A stretch of DNA of 64,000 nucleotides from Eledone cirrhosa (lineage: Eukaryota), in assembly GCA_964016885.1 (NCBI GenBank), contig OZ024740.1, positions 199,640,001-199,704,000 of the forward strand, in the 5' to 3' direction. The notes beneath the pieces are model-generated. The model searched no databases. It saw only the letters and a list, made by a program, of their open reading frames with translations, and had not been told where the DNA came from. Position numbers and translations under genes: made by a program. Below, in pieces: positions 41,151-56,211 of the stretch (the stretch's first letter is position 1; every line of letters begins with the position of its first letter).

Positions 41151-41309
41151 ATTTAATTAGAAAGTGATCAACACCAAATATAACTACTCCATTACCAAAG
41201 GTTTCTAATATACATGACCGATCTAGACGTATATTAATATTGTCTGGGATCCAGACACCTTTGGTAATGGAGTAGTTATGTTTGTGTTCTTCACGTTCTA
41301 ATTAAATAT
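41151..41309. mobile_element. Decayed fold-back element with hammerhead 3' half
   Basis: Inverted arms; the minus strand at 41187-41205 reads GAAA-CC(UUU)GG-UA-AUGGAG. Confidence 0.55.
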
Positions 41310-41928
41310 ATATATATATATGTGTGTGTTTGTGAGTGTGTGTGTGTGCGTGTGTGTGTAACTATATAATAACTTAAGAATTTAAGGAAGACATAAGGAA
41401 GGTTTATACTCGTATAGATCTGTGTATCAGTATGTACTTATAAATATAGTTTTGCGAGGTTTTTTATATATAAATATATAGACAGACTAAATAAAAATGG
41501 CGTAGACATACAATGTAACGGGAGGAAACAATAGCACCACTGACGATGTTGCAGATGTGCAACGACAGAACTTTGATAAACTATATATATGTGTATGTGT
41601 CTATATTGTATCTGTATTATTTTTGACCGTCGGTCAGTCAATGGCAACATTGAGGACCGAATAAATTAGATTACCGATATAAAAGACACAGAAGCGAAAA
41701 GCGAAAACCAACCAAACAGTGAGTGTGTTCTGTTATTAATTCTGGCAATATTACACAAATATGACCCTCCGCAAGTATAACAATACTTATATATATATAT
41801 CGGTAAAAGGAGTCGCTAAAATTGTTTTCATTGTCGATTTGTTATTCAAAACCTTTCTTCTTTTTGTCCGCCGAACACTTATATATACTTATATAAAAAT
41901 ATATATTGAACTTATTTGTTGCACTATG

Positions 41929-41996
<68 letters not shown>

Positions 41997-42405
41997 TGTG
42001 TGCGTGTGTGTGTGTGTGTGTGCGTGTGTGTGTGTGTGTGCGTGTGTGTGGGGTGGGGGGTGTCCGCATATGTGTGTGTGTGTGTTAGTGTGTGTTTTGT
42101 ATGGCTGTGTTTGTCTTTGTGAGCCTGAGATTATGTGTGTGCCTGGATAGCTCATATGTATATCTCTTCGAATTTCTTTTCTATTTCCTGTGTCACAACG
42201 TAGTACTTGAAATAGTCAATGGCGTTGTGTATATCCTCGTATTGACATCTGTATTTTGGTTTCTGTTTGCTATACCAGTGTACCTTGTTCAGCGTATATG
42301 TGTTTGCCTCATATCCTATGGCTCACCTAATCTATCAATTCATTTACTTTTCTGCTTTCTCTTTATATTTAAGTACTTGTTTTCTTTTTATTTTATAAAC
42401 TCATT

Positions 42406-42449
<44 letters not shown>

Positions 42450-44010
42450 CACGTATGCGTATATATGTGTGTGTATGTGTGACGCGTGTATGCGTTGGTA
42501 AATATACATACATATTTCTCTGTCTACATGTATATGTGCGTGCGTAAGTGAATATAATTATGTATACGTTTGTGGCTCATTCAACTTATACTGATTTAGT
42601 ATTACTTCAAGTGTGGACTAAACACCGTCTTTCTCTCTGTCTATGTCTTTTATGTGGCAAATATACTTTCACATTGATATTTCCTTCTAGAAGTGACAGT
42701 AAACCGGATTACGAATCACGGACTGCTAAAACCTAATACTCTCAACAATCTCCTTGATGCTATAACTCAGGCAAGTCTTCCAGTCCTAAACACTATTATA
42801 TCCTATGTATTCTATTTATTGAAATGTAAATGACATAAAAAAGCATCTATCGTATTTTTAGGTGTAAATAATGTAAGAATGTATATTATTGCATTCACTG
42901 AAATAGTGATCTTTAATTTAGGCACAAGGCCAGCAAATTATGAATCAGCTCCAGCAATAGACTGGTACGTTATCGACCCCGGAAGGATGAAAGGCAAAAT
43001 CGTTTTCGATGGGATTTGAAATCAGAATGTAAAGCGCCAGAACATACCGTAGTCGTATCCGGCGCTCTTTCAATCCTACGTTTCCTAAAACATTTGCAAC
43101 AAAGGTTGTAAGAAATTCCTAATTAAATTAGTTTTGACACAACGTCTGGTTTACGTTTTCTATTTATTTTACATTACCTAAGCAGAACAGATTCAACTTT
43201 ACCTTTCATCCTTTATTGGTCGATAAATGAATATGGAAACTAGTTTCGATTCATCTTATTTCTCTCGCGATCTCACCCCTTCCTCTTTCCGTTCCTCTCA
43301 TCCCTTCTATTTTTCTCTCCCTCTCCGTTTCTCTGTTACAACCTGAAGTAGAATGGGCTCCGCCAGGTGTAAATGCCTGAGGTACGATATATCGATCATT
43401 ACGATGACCCTATGACTCAATTATGATTTTATTGACCTGCACAGACGAGGGTCAACATAGGGAGGACTGTGAGCTTGACTGTTGTCAGATATCAGGAGAT
43501 CTACTACTTGACCAAATAATTGCATTATAGTGTATTTGGTAGTACCAATCGTTTCCAAATTCGTGCATGAAACGTCATAATCAAATAGCTCCAGTCCTTT
43601 TCTCCTTCGCCCCAGCGTCCTTGATCCTGTAATTTATCGATAGATTTTAGTGCATATAGCATTATAAGAAAGAAAAATTCGCCCCTTGTTCTGTGATGAT
43701 GTATGAATCCATGTATAAGTTCACACGCCCTAAAGAGTACATATTTTCGTTCGTCTCTTGCGACATACAAAATATTAAGCGATGAAAAATGGACTTTGTA
43801 ATGTAAATATGTTCCCTTTTTTATCAAAAGGCAGATTTTATTATAGAACCGGCCCTGTTTATCGTCCAGAATTTATAACAATATTATATATTGAACACAG
43901 ACCAACTTTTAACCGGTTTACGCTCTGCCCGAGTTAATCACAATATTACCGGTACACAAATGTTGTGTTATAATGCTATAGATGGAAGTACGTTTTATTA
44001 TTTACGTTTT

Positions 44011-44199
44011 GGGGCGATGGAGTGGCAGTATCGGTAGAGAGTCGGACACCATGCTTTGACGCATAGAGTTACGGCCCTTGCCATTGTAAGTTCAAATCCC
44101 GCCGAGGTTAACTTTGCCTTTCATCCTTACGGGGTCGATTAAATAAAGTACCAGTAATGTACTGGTTAATTACTGGCCTTGTGCCAAAAGTAGAAACAA
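44011..44199 (+). mobile_element. tRNA-derived SINE with TSD
   Basis: A-box TGGCAGTATCGG, B-box GTTCAAATCC; TSD TTATTATTTACGTTTTG at 43995 and 44200. Older relatives lie at 42919-43075 and 58060-58260. Confidence 0.95.
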
Positions 44200-47100
44200 T
44201 TATTATTTACGTTTTGACTGGTTTTAATTTTTAAATATCTATTCTTTTCGCTTTTTTTATTTTATTTTTCAATGAACTGACGGGAACTTTCGAGTGCTTA
44301 CATTATTTTGTAATTCTTCAAGTCTTTGATCCGGTATTGTGGCACGGTCAAGGATAGAGTTATTTGTCTCGTCAAAGTAAAACAATAATGTGTTCACACA
44401 TGTTTAGAGTGGCAGCGTGTGAATAGTAAGGGTTGCTTTAAGACTGATTCTAACCAAATCGATTTCAATCGGGCCCTCTATTATCTTTATCAATATATTG
44501 AAGAAAAACATTGTTTAGTTATATTCAATCTTAAACTTTAAAAATATGGTATTTATAATGCTAAGTCTAATATCGAATAGGTTTTATTTCATATGTGTGG
44601 GGATATCAGTGTAGAAACTAAGCACACCAAAACGAAACAATATCTATTTTCATTCTCTTGGTAAAAGGACATCGAGAATAAAAACTTGGTACATATTCTA
44701 GAACAGGTCTTAACAGAACATCCAAAAAGTGGCTTAATCTTTATGGTTTGCATTGAAGCCCCGCAACAATAGGTGCCCGTATCAAATCTTGTGATTAAGG
44801 TCATTCGAACGCATTTCAATTTGGTTTTTATCATGCTTCGTATATTTGTTTATTTTCATGCATCTTCAGTAAAGCATAAACATTGTTAGATACGAAGTTC
44901 ATTATTTACTGCACCTCTTTAACTGTTAAACACCTTGGATACAGATCTAATAATGTACATGTATATTGTTTTGCATTTTCGTAGCAGTTATTATTTTCTA
45001 GCTGGTGTTTGACGAGTCGTGTATAGTAAGAGGTAAACATAATAATATTTGTGCTTCCTTTATCAGCGTACTTTGTCCGTGTTCTGTAGTTATATGAAAT
45101 TTGTCCATTTTAGTTTTGATAAATTTAGTTTTATCTTTCTTTATTCTGCAATATTGATTCGAAAATTAGATAAGTAAACGCAAGTACTTTGTTTGTCCTT
45201 TGTCTGGACTATTGATTTGTTATCAACTTATCAATAAAATATTCAGTTAATCTTAGATTCGGCAGAATACTATGATATCTTACTTCTGAGACAGTAGGAT
45301 ATTGTGGTCTTGGTAAAAATGAAGTCCTTTACAAGAAATATCGATTTGAAAATCATTAAACTTTTTCTTCTTTTAGTTGATTACCTGTGGTTTCTCAGGC
45401 ACGATATGGTGTCTTGTTATTTATGTTTGCTTTCAAAAACAATAGTCATGGATTTGTCCCTCGTAAGCATTAATCGTTCTGGTAAACGTATGTGGGGGTT
45501 ATAGAATTTCTATTTCATCGTATTCTAGTTGGTCTGCTACGAGGTTGTGATTCAGAGGAGGTATGTCGTGTATTCCAGATTCTTCTAGATTTTAACACTA
45601 TTGAAATAACTTAATTCTGTCTTTCGTAAATATTAACTGTTATTTTTCTCAAAAGAACTATTGCATACACAGAGATATAGCAACCATATTTGCATGCACA
45701 ATTACATTCATATATATATTCGATAGATTATGGATATACATATATTTATGAGTGGGAACCACAACTAGATTATCACATTTTCATATATATATACATATGA
45801 CATATATATGAAATTATATATATATCACAATAGAGTATACATGCACATAAACATACACACACATCCATTACTATTCGTTCCATAACTAAAATTTAAAGTT
45901 GTAGATTATGAACTCTATGGAACATAGTTTAATTCTATCTTTTCTCTCATTTATTCTGTGTTTCTTCTGTAACAGTTATTATTTCTGAAATATTCTAAAA
46001 CTATTTCCGTGTTCTTGCGATATTCCCCTTCATTTAAACAACATAAAGGCAACATAGAAAGCAGTCACTGATGGCTGTGATTTAACTTTGCACTTGATAA
46101 AGTGATGAAAGCTGAGAGGTGAAGCAAAGAAAAACGGTACATTTTACTTCTGAATATACGTAATTAGCAAGAGTTATCGCATGCTGCTAATATTCTCTAT
46201 GTATGTACGAATAAAGCAAACTTTTCTTCTGTCCATTCAAATGATGGACGAACATAATATAATGAAGATTGAAGAATTGTATTAGTTATTGTCCCTGTAG
46301 AACATCACTATTTTCTCCGGATTCTATGGTTTTACTTTATAATGAATATATTCATGATCTATAGCTTCACTTAAAGAACTGAACTCACTGCTCTAATGAA
46401 AATTGAGTTAGGAGTCACAGATTTCATGTCAGCTTTTCCATACATACACATGATGGACGAAACCCAGATGTTTTTTCCCGGACTGGACAATAGCCAATAT
46501 CTATGCTAACCTTCAGCAACCGCTACTACAAGTTTAATCAGATGGAAAGCGAAGACCTGGAATAAAAGGGCTTAGCACTGAATCACGTGCCATCACACAG
46601 ATGATATTAACTGTTGAATAACGTCTAAAGTTTAATTATATTATTTATTTAGTTCAGAAGAAGTCTGTGTACATTGATACAGCTCTTCCTCTGTTATCCC
46701 GTAACCACGGGAGGATTCGAAGGGGCGCCGTATTGATATACGGCATTTCTCGAGCAATTTATAACCTAGTGGAACATATCATCTCTTCACGTCATTGTTA
46801 CAATTAGTATATAAGTTAAACTGTTGTACATTGAAACATACTGGAAAGAATTTGCAAGGAGAGAATTGCAGAGAATCAATGTTCTAGACAGAAACGCATG
46901 CCCGTAGTGAATGGTCCAACAAAATAAAAGTCAGGAATATACGAATGATGAAATGAGTTAAGACACTTGTAAAAGTGTATAAAGTATACTGCGATCACAC
47001 TGATCGGACGAAGAAAAATTACTGCAGTAGCGAAAAAAACATAGAGAGCTATGTGGGTCAGAATTGATGATTTTATGCTGGAGAAATTTCCCTTCCTTAG

Positions 47101-48721
47101 GGTGTTGGTGATGCATGTGTGAGTAGAAGTCTCACCGTCCAAGATATCCTCCATTGTGGGTCTGACCTAAATTGTGTAGAGGGTTAGTTGTAGTGGTTCT
47201 TTGCTGCTGCACACCAAGTTATACCTAAAGCAGCTCGCGTATGAGGAATTATTTCCGACCGCTCCCATACTTGAAGTAGATAGAGAGATGTTCATTTATT
47301 GATATTTATCCTAAGTATATGCATATATATATATATATATATGTATATATATGAATATATACACAGAAATAACTAACCGTGGGGTTAGTTGTGGGGTCTA
47401 GTCTGCATGAAGAACTCGATGTAATACATATGTTGAAAGTGTTGTAGGTTAAAATAAATCCCGGAAAACAATAAAAAAACAAAAGGAAAACAGAGTCATG
47501 ATATAAGTTAAAACAATGAAATAAAAATTCAAGTCATTAGAAATATACTTCACTGATTTACGATCGTTTGTAGGTGATAATAATATATCGTACGCATATT
47601 TCGTTATCGAGCTATGTAGGGTTAGTTACAAAATATCAAATAAGGAATATATTTACTTACATGTATATCATCAGCCATTGTCAAAAGCAATGAAAATGGT
47701 ATTCAAAATAAGTATTATATTGAGTTCTATGACCTTATTTGGAGGTAGTTGAAGAATAAACCAATGAAATAATGTTTTGCCATATGATGTTAAGATGAAA
47801 TATAACTCACTTTAGTTGAGGTCATGACCCTTTGAAAGGAATGGTTGAATAGTGTTAAAAATAGAATTACTATCAAGAACTTAAGAAGAAAAAGATTGCT
47901 ATATTGATAGTGGAATGTACATGGTGGAGTGAAGTTTAAACAGGCATGTAAAAATTAACTGTTGAGTTGTGTTGTATTGAATTTTAAGGTGAATATAAAT
48001 AAGTAAATATAAAATATACAGAGATAACTAGGATAAATATAGATAGGTAAACTAATGGACATAACTAGGAAGGATAATATATTAAAAGATGAAAATTATA
48101 ATAACATAATAAAATATAATAACATAATAATATAATATAATGTAATATAATTTAGTACAGTATGGTGCATTGTGTATAGTATAATATAGCGTATGATGTA
48201 TCACAAAATATAAAATAGTAAATATTATCAGGTGGGTCTATGTATAAGTAATCAAACTCAGATAAATCCATGTTGACATATAGTCAAAAGGCATAATATT
48301 CTTAGATTACAAAAGTACATATATTCACATATATAGATGGAGGTATAATTACATTTATACTCCATTAAAAACGTACATACGCATCCATAGATAGAAACAT
48401 ATACATACACATGATGGCTGTCCCCTCGTTATCGAGTATGGCCATTGCACAAGACAAAAAAAAATAAATAAATTAAAATAAAATAAAATAAAATAAAATT
48501 TAAAAAAAAAAATAAATAAAAAAAAAATAATAAATATATATATATATATATATATATACATACATATATACATACACACATACATACACATAGACTCACA
48601 CATATATACACACATACATTAATAACAATAATAATAATAATAATAATAATAATAAACGACAACAACAATAATAATATACATATTCATATATATATACACA
48701 CACACGCACGCACATAAGCAT

Positions 48722-48775
<54 letters not shown>

Positions 48776-48908
48776 TAGCAACTAACAGTGCTGCGATTGA
48801 ATGTGGCTTTTCGTACGATGTATTATTATCACCTAGAAACGAACGTAAAGCAGTGAAGTATATTTCGAATGACTTGAATTTTTATTTCTTGTTTTAACTT
48901 ATATGTAT

Positions 48909-49515
<607 letters not shown>

Positions 49516-50706
49516 TATATATATATATATAATTGATATGCGGTGTGTCTTGCTCTGGAGTTTCTCCTGCTCGCTTGCGGGATATATGAGTATTTTATTA
49601 CTCTAGTTGTGTGATTGTGATGTGTACGAGATATGAAGTCCCATAATGTTTACTTGTTGGAGGTTTATATGTAATGGATGCTGATATGATCTCCGTAAAA
49701 AAGAGTGTTGTTCAAGATGAAGCAAAATTTTTATTCAAATAGTGTGTGAAGAGTGTATGAGACAAAACCAAACTGTTGTAAGCCAAAATGATAACGTTTG
49801 GTTGAGAGAGAGAGATCGTCATTCACGCTATTTGATTGGGATCTGACAGGATCAAATAGATGAGATTTAGATGGAGCCGATAGTCAATTGATTTTCATAG
49901 GGAATTCACGTGCAACACTAAGTCGAAAAAGGTTGGTAATATTTAAATCAACAATATTTCATACACAACCTATTTCGTGGCTGAGAGACCAATAGCAAAT
50001 AGCATAGCCGAGTAGAATTGAATTGGATATAGCTTTATCAAATACGTTCAGGAAACCATTATAGAGGGACATATATTCAATGTGTAGAAAAGGGTGTTGT
50101 TAATGGCTGTCTGCATTATCTTTGAAATATTGGAAGTGAATGGAAAATGACGGTAGTTAGCAAGGTCAAAGAATTTAACATTGTTAGGAAAGAGATGTGG
50201 CAGTGTGTTTACAAATACTGCGATATATCTAGCTAGAGAGCAAAGAAACGGTGAAGAGGGAGAGATATAGGATGTGTACACACACACACACATATACACA
50301 CACAGAGATAAACACACACACAAACACACACACGAACCCACAAACATACACACGCTCACACACATGCACATATATATCTGTAAGTATGTATGTATATGTG
50401 TGTATATATCTGTATATATATATAAATCTGAAAATTTCTGTATGTATGTGTGTATGTGTATATGTGTGTCGAGCTTTTTTAATGAGGGCTCATATATTCT
50501 AAACTATTCATGCGATTTCTTTGACATTTTTTACAGAGCTTCTCCTTGCACAAAACCTGTACATATCTACAAAGGCTTTCAAAAATCGATATTGGGGCCT
50601 TTGCAGACATTAATAAATTTCGGTTATTTGTGTGGATTTTCGTGATTAAGTACGAAAAGAGTTATCTTTCCTAATCATGCGTTATCTTTCGTAATTAGCC
50701 TCATTC

Positions 50707-50998
50707 TGGGTTTAATTTACTCTTTCTACTTGAAACAAAGATAATAACAATATCATTTCGTATATTTCACAACCAGCAATTTCTAACAGATTACTAAGTT
50801 AAGTTATAGATTTGACATTGTATAATTTATCGTTCTCATTCGGATTTTAATTTACTCTTTCTACTTGAAACAAAGATAGTAACAATATCATTTCGTATAT
50901 TTCACAACCAGCAATTTCTAACCTTCTACTTGAAACAAAGATAACAATATCATTTCGTATATTTCACAACCAGCAATTTCTAACAGATTACTAAGTTA
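50707..50998. repeat. Tandem repeats in the Helitron 5' non-coding region
   Basis: TTCTACTTGAAACAAAGATA..CAACCAGCAATTTCTAAC occurs three times. Confidence 0.85.
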
Positions 50999-51299
50999 AA
51001 AGCTTGATGTTCATATTAACTGATCTCATAACTTTTCTCATAACTTTCACAATATTATGCTTAAATTTATCTACAGGATGGTTTATACATGAAAGAATTA
51101 CAATTATTCTATTATTCGCATTGATTAGACTACGTTTCTGACACATAATTTTATTATTAACTTACATACCCTGTACATTTCCAACGTTCTACCGCTACAT
51201 GTACTTCAAATACATTTTACTATTAATCTTTATTTTTACATGCCATTGTGTTATATCGTGTCTACTTTACACATTTCGTTTCGATGATTCGTGGAAAAA

Positions 51300-54200
51300 A
51301 AAAAGTTGCCTCAGCAGATTGTCCACCGGTGTAGTTAAGGAAAAGCACCGTCGAGCTAATGAAACTGAGGAGCAGAGGACAACTAGGTTATCGGCATTAG
51401 CTGCCTGCAACGCAAGACTCAATACTTCGCATTCATCACATCGATACTCAGTAGAAAAACTTGCGGCCCGTACGGCAAAAAATGCACAAACCACTGCTGC
51501 TTCATGATCAAATGAGTCTACAGAGGAACGGACTATTCGGTTACCGCTGTATGCTGCCACCACTGCTGCCTCAAGAGCTGCGGAGACACCTGAACAGCGT
51601 GCAACTCGAAGAAAACGCATCGCTGTCGCGAATGCTACCTCGAGACCTGCGGAGACACCTGAACAGCGTGCAACTCGAAGATAACGCAATGCTGCCGCGA
51701 CTGCTGTCTCAAGATATACGGAGACACCTGAACAGAGTGCAACTCGAAGAAAACGCATGGCTGCCGCGAATGCTACCTCAAGAGCTGCGGAGACACCTGA
51801 ACAACGCATACGTCGCCAGGCTTCCGATTGTGGTTATCGGACTGCTGCGATAGCTTCTGAAACATTGCTTGAAAGAACTACTCGACTACAAACAAATGCC
51901 CATCGTACAGCTGTTCTGCTTGGTGCATCAAAGCCTACAAGGAATAGATGGGTTTTTTAATCCTTTCATTATGACACCTCTGAAAAGTATGCTGACCACA
52001 AAGATGTTGCCATTGGTCGTATGTCCAAAATCTGTCTACACTGTAAATCACTAACTTGGCCGGGAGAGCCTGGTAGTCTATGCTGCTCAAATGGAAAGGT
52101 TTGTCTGCTCAACAGCCCTGCAACTCCACAGCCTTTAAAGTCCTTTCTGCTTGGTGAGCATCCATATTCTCAAGATTTCATGAACCGAATACGGGCATAC
52201 AATTCTGCATTTCAAATGACAAGTTTCGGTCATAAGCCCATATCTTATGGAAACTTTAATCCCACTTTTACCATTCAGGGACAGGCGTACCATTTAATCG
52301 GTTCTCTTCTACCAACAGATACTTCTCATTATAATTTTCTTCAGATATACTTCATGAGACCAGAGAGAGAGCAAATTGCACGTAGGGCTGCTGTTGCTCC
52401 AGGCACATACGCGGCTTTTCTTGGACCTTTTCAGGAAATGCTTCATGAGTACAACCGGTATATTAACCAATTTAAAACGGCTATTCAACGACGCCGGCAG
52501 ACAATGCCAACTTTAAGGTTGTTATTAGAAGTGACAGGACTTCTATTGGGGAACATAACCGCTGTTACAACCGACCCAAAACAGAGGAGGTTGCTGTTTT
52601 GCTTTGCAATCCCAATGCAACACTTTCCAAAGGAGATATCCTAGCTAGAGTGGCAGGACTCCCGTGTTAAGAGGATCAATGAATTAAATCCAGCCTATGA
52701 TGCCCTTCAATACCCCTTACTCTTTCCCTATGGGAGAGTGGATACCGTCCTGATATCCCTACCATTGTACCTACAACACACCAAACAGCACAGCCTCCAA
52801 AAATGGTTTCGCAGATGAACTTTTACAGTTACAGATTGATGGTTAGAACGAACAACTTCAACAGTCTTCACAGAGCAGGGGCTCTTCTGAATCAGTATTG
52901 TGTGGATATGTATGCTAAGGTATGATTTACTCCCCTTTGAGTCACGTGTACCTATAATTTTTATTAAAATCTTTGCATAATCATCCTATTCCTTACCCTT
53001 GCAGATTGACTTGGAATGACTTCTTTGGATTCGCCATAATCAAAAGCAGCTCCGTGCAGATGAATATGCCAAGGTTCGAGACGAGGTTAATAGCAATGAC
53101 AATGTAACTGCTTCTGAGGTTGGTATTCGAATCAACCTTCCATCGCCATATGCAGGCGGCCCGAGGTATATGCATGAACAGATGCAGGAAGCTCTCACAT
53201 ACGTTCGTCTTTACAACCGCCCTGACCTTTTCATAACGTTCGCATGCAACCCCAAATGGGAGGACATCCAAATGAGTTTACTTCCAGGCCAACGACCAGA
53301 AGATCGCCATGATATCACTGCTCGCGTTTTTTATCTTAAAGTTTGTAAAATGATTGATTTGTTTAAATGTGGTGAAATTTCCGGGCCGATCAAATGTTTT
53401 ATGTATACTGTTGAATGGCAAAAACGTGATCTACCTCACGCCCACATCTTACTCTGGCTACAAAGCAAACTTCGACCTTCTGGCGTGGACACAGTCATAA
53501 GTGCAGAATTTACAAATCCCAATGAAGACCCCCAGTTGTACGAAATCATTCGAAAAAAGATGGTGCATGGGCCATGTCGGCACTTTAATTCTACGTCTTC
53601 ATGCATGGCAAACGGAAAATGCACTAAGAAATATCCACGAAAGCTTTTGGCTGAGACAATCACAGGTAACGACGGTTACCCTTTATATCGCAGAAGAGCT
53701 CCTGGACATGGCGGTTTCACAGCAACAGCCAAACAAGGATCTAACCGAGAATGTACAATTGACAAACAATGGGTTGTTCCACATAACAAGATGCTATGCA
53801 AGACATTTAATTCGCATATTAACGTTGAATATTGTAACCCAGTTAAATCTATACGTTACGTTTGCAAATACGTCAATAAGGGATCCGATAGATCCGTCTT
53901 TCAAGTAGCACAAACAGGAACAGCAGCTGCATCAACAGGTGAGGTAGAACTGTTTTAAATAGGGCGTTATATCTCAACCAATGAGGCCGTTTGGAGAACG
54001 TTTGGTTTCCCTATACACAAGCGATTCCCCCCTGTTCAACATCTCAGTGTTCAATTAGAGGACAAGCAAAGAGTTTACTTCACCGAAGAAAACTTACGTC
54101 AACAAGTTTTTGCTCCACGTAGGACAACTTTGACTGCATTTTTCAAACTCTGTACGGTTGACTCCTGCGCAAAAACTCTTCTGTATGTTGATGTTCCTCA

Positions 54201-56211
54201 TTATTATTCTTGGAACCACTCAACTTGCTTAAAGCAAAGAAGAAAACAGGGCCGGCATATCGATTCAGATCTTGCCATTTGGGAAAGTGAGACAATAGGA
54301 CGCGTCTATACTGTTCATCCTTTAAACTTCGAATGCTTCCATCTTCCACTGCTGCTTCACGTTGTACGTGGACCAACATCCTTTGCAGCCCTTCGCAGAG
54401 TGGATGGTCAATTATGCAAGACATTCAAGGACGCCTGCTTTAAACGAGGACTCATCGTTACGGACAACCATTATGAGAGTACACTTGAGGAAGCGCCTCT
54501 CTGTCGATCTCCGTCGAAGCTTCGGCATCTATTCGCCATTATTCCGGTTTTCTGCAACTTTGTTAACCCACCTTTGTTGCGGAATAAATACAGGGACCAT
54601 ATATGGCTTCAAACCTGTCAAGCTACCGAAAATTCCACCACTGCTTTTACCCCCTCTATGTATAATGCTGGTCTAATTATCTTGGAGGATTTAGTTGTGG
54701 AAATTGGAGGCCAACGTTTGGAGGCATACTGCCTCCCTTCTCCGGATAGAAACCAAGAGCAAACTTTTAATCGACTCCTCCTTAGAGAAACCAGCTACGA
54801 CAAAACCAAGCTTTGACAATACGTAGCTGTTAACGAGCCTCTACGTAATCCGGATCAAGAATCTGCATACAAATCCGTTCTAAACAAGGTATACAGCAAT
54901 ACTGGCGGGATTATCTTCATAGATGCACCTGGAGGGACCGGTAACACATGTCTGCTTAATCTTATTCTTACTAAGGTAAGGCAGAATGGCGACATTGCAC
55001 TTGCTGTTGCCTCTTCAGGTATAGCTGCGACTCTTTTAGAAGGTGGGCGCACAGCACACACGACCTTCAAGCTGCCACTGAACGTCGTCCATCAAGAGAA
55101 TCCCATCTGCAATATCTCACGTAGTTCTGACGAAGCTGCTCTGTTGAAAAGCTGTAAACTAATTGTCTGGGATGAGACAACCATGTCCCATAAAAATTCT
55201 CTTCAGGCACTAGATGCCACAATGAAAGATCTTAGATCTCATGACAATATATTTGGAGGAGCCACTCTTCTTCTCGCAGGTTACTTCAGACAGATATTTC
55301 CCGTGGTACCAAATGGATCACCTGCTGATGAAGTGGACGCCTGTTTAAAAAATCCTCTTTTTGGCAGTTTGTTGAGCTACAAAACCTAATAATTAATATG
55401 CGACCGCTATTACAAACTGGTCGTCCGTTTACGCCATTTTCCACTCAACTCCTCCAAAACGTTGATGGTCAACTTGACTCCAACAACAATGGATACATTG
55501 ATACTTTAGCATTGGACACTCAGTCTGAACGCCCGATAACTTATGTTCTTCAGTTTATCAAAATCTCTCAACTGAATTAATGAACCCTGATTGGGTTTGT
55601 GAGAGGGCTATTCTTGCACCCACAAATGCTGCTGTTAAGCTGATCAATCACGAAATAGTTGGTCAGTTGCACTCTATTCAATGCTGTTACAAGTCAGTTG
55701 ACACTGTTACAGACTTTGATCAAGTGACCAACTTCCCAACAGAGTTTCTTAACTCTCAGGATCCTCCAGGACGACTTCCTCACGAGTTGTATCTAAAAGT
55801 TGGAGCTCCTTTTATCCTGCTATGTAATTTACCCCTCCCCCCCTTTTTTTTATTTGTAATGGAACAAGACTGGTTGTAAAGCAACTGATGAACCTTGTAA
55901 TTGAGGCAGAAATAATCACAGGACCCGGGCGAAATGAATCTGTTTTTATTCCCAAAATTCCTTTTACCCTCTCTGATTGTCCGTTTCCCATGAAAAGGTT
56001 ACAATTGCCACTCAAGCTTAGTTTTGCAATGACCATAAATAAATCTCAAGGCCAATCTCTTAAAGTTGTTGGTCTGGATCTTCGGACCCATTGCTTTTCA
56101 CATGGTCAATTTTACGTTGGCTGTTCTCGAGTTGGTAATCCTGACAGCCTATTTATTTATGCTCCTGATGGGAAAACCAAAAATGTTGTGTATAAATATG
56201 CTCTTCAATAA
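51300..56211 (+). pseudogene. Helitron RepHel transposase (STPR-like repeats, zinc finger, HUH Rep, PIF1 helicase), multiple stops and frameshifts
   Basis: CLHC..CCSNGKV; PDLFITFACNPKW; VEWQKRDLPHAHIL; YVCKYVNKG; DAPGGTGNT (Walker A K to N); LIVWDE; FAMTINKSQGQSL; FSHGQFYVGCSRV. Confidence 0.95.
51583..51858 (+). repeat. 69-bp (23-aa) STPR-like coding tandem repeats
   Basis: GAGACACCTGAACA (ETPEQ) at 51583, 51652, 51721 and 51790. Confidence 0.9.

Noticed and set aside
44011-44101. tRNA-like A and B boxes
   Set aside because: SINE head, not a tRNA gene; it continues into the SINE body and has a TSD.
51267-51809. 180-aa minus-strand repeat ORF
   Set aside because: Antisense of the Helitron STPR-like repeats.
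51583-51858. Regularly spaced repeats as a CRISPR-like array
   Set aside because: In-frame coding repeats without unique spacers, in a eukaryotic transposon.
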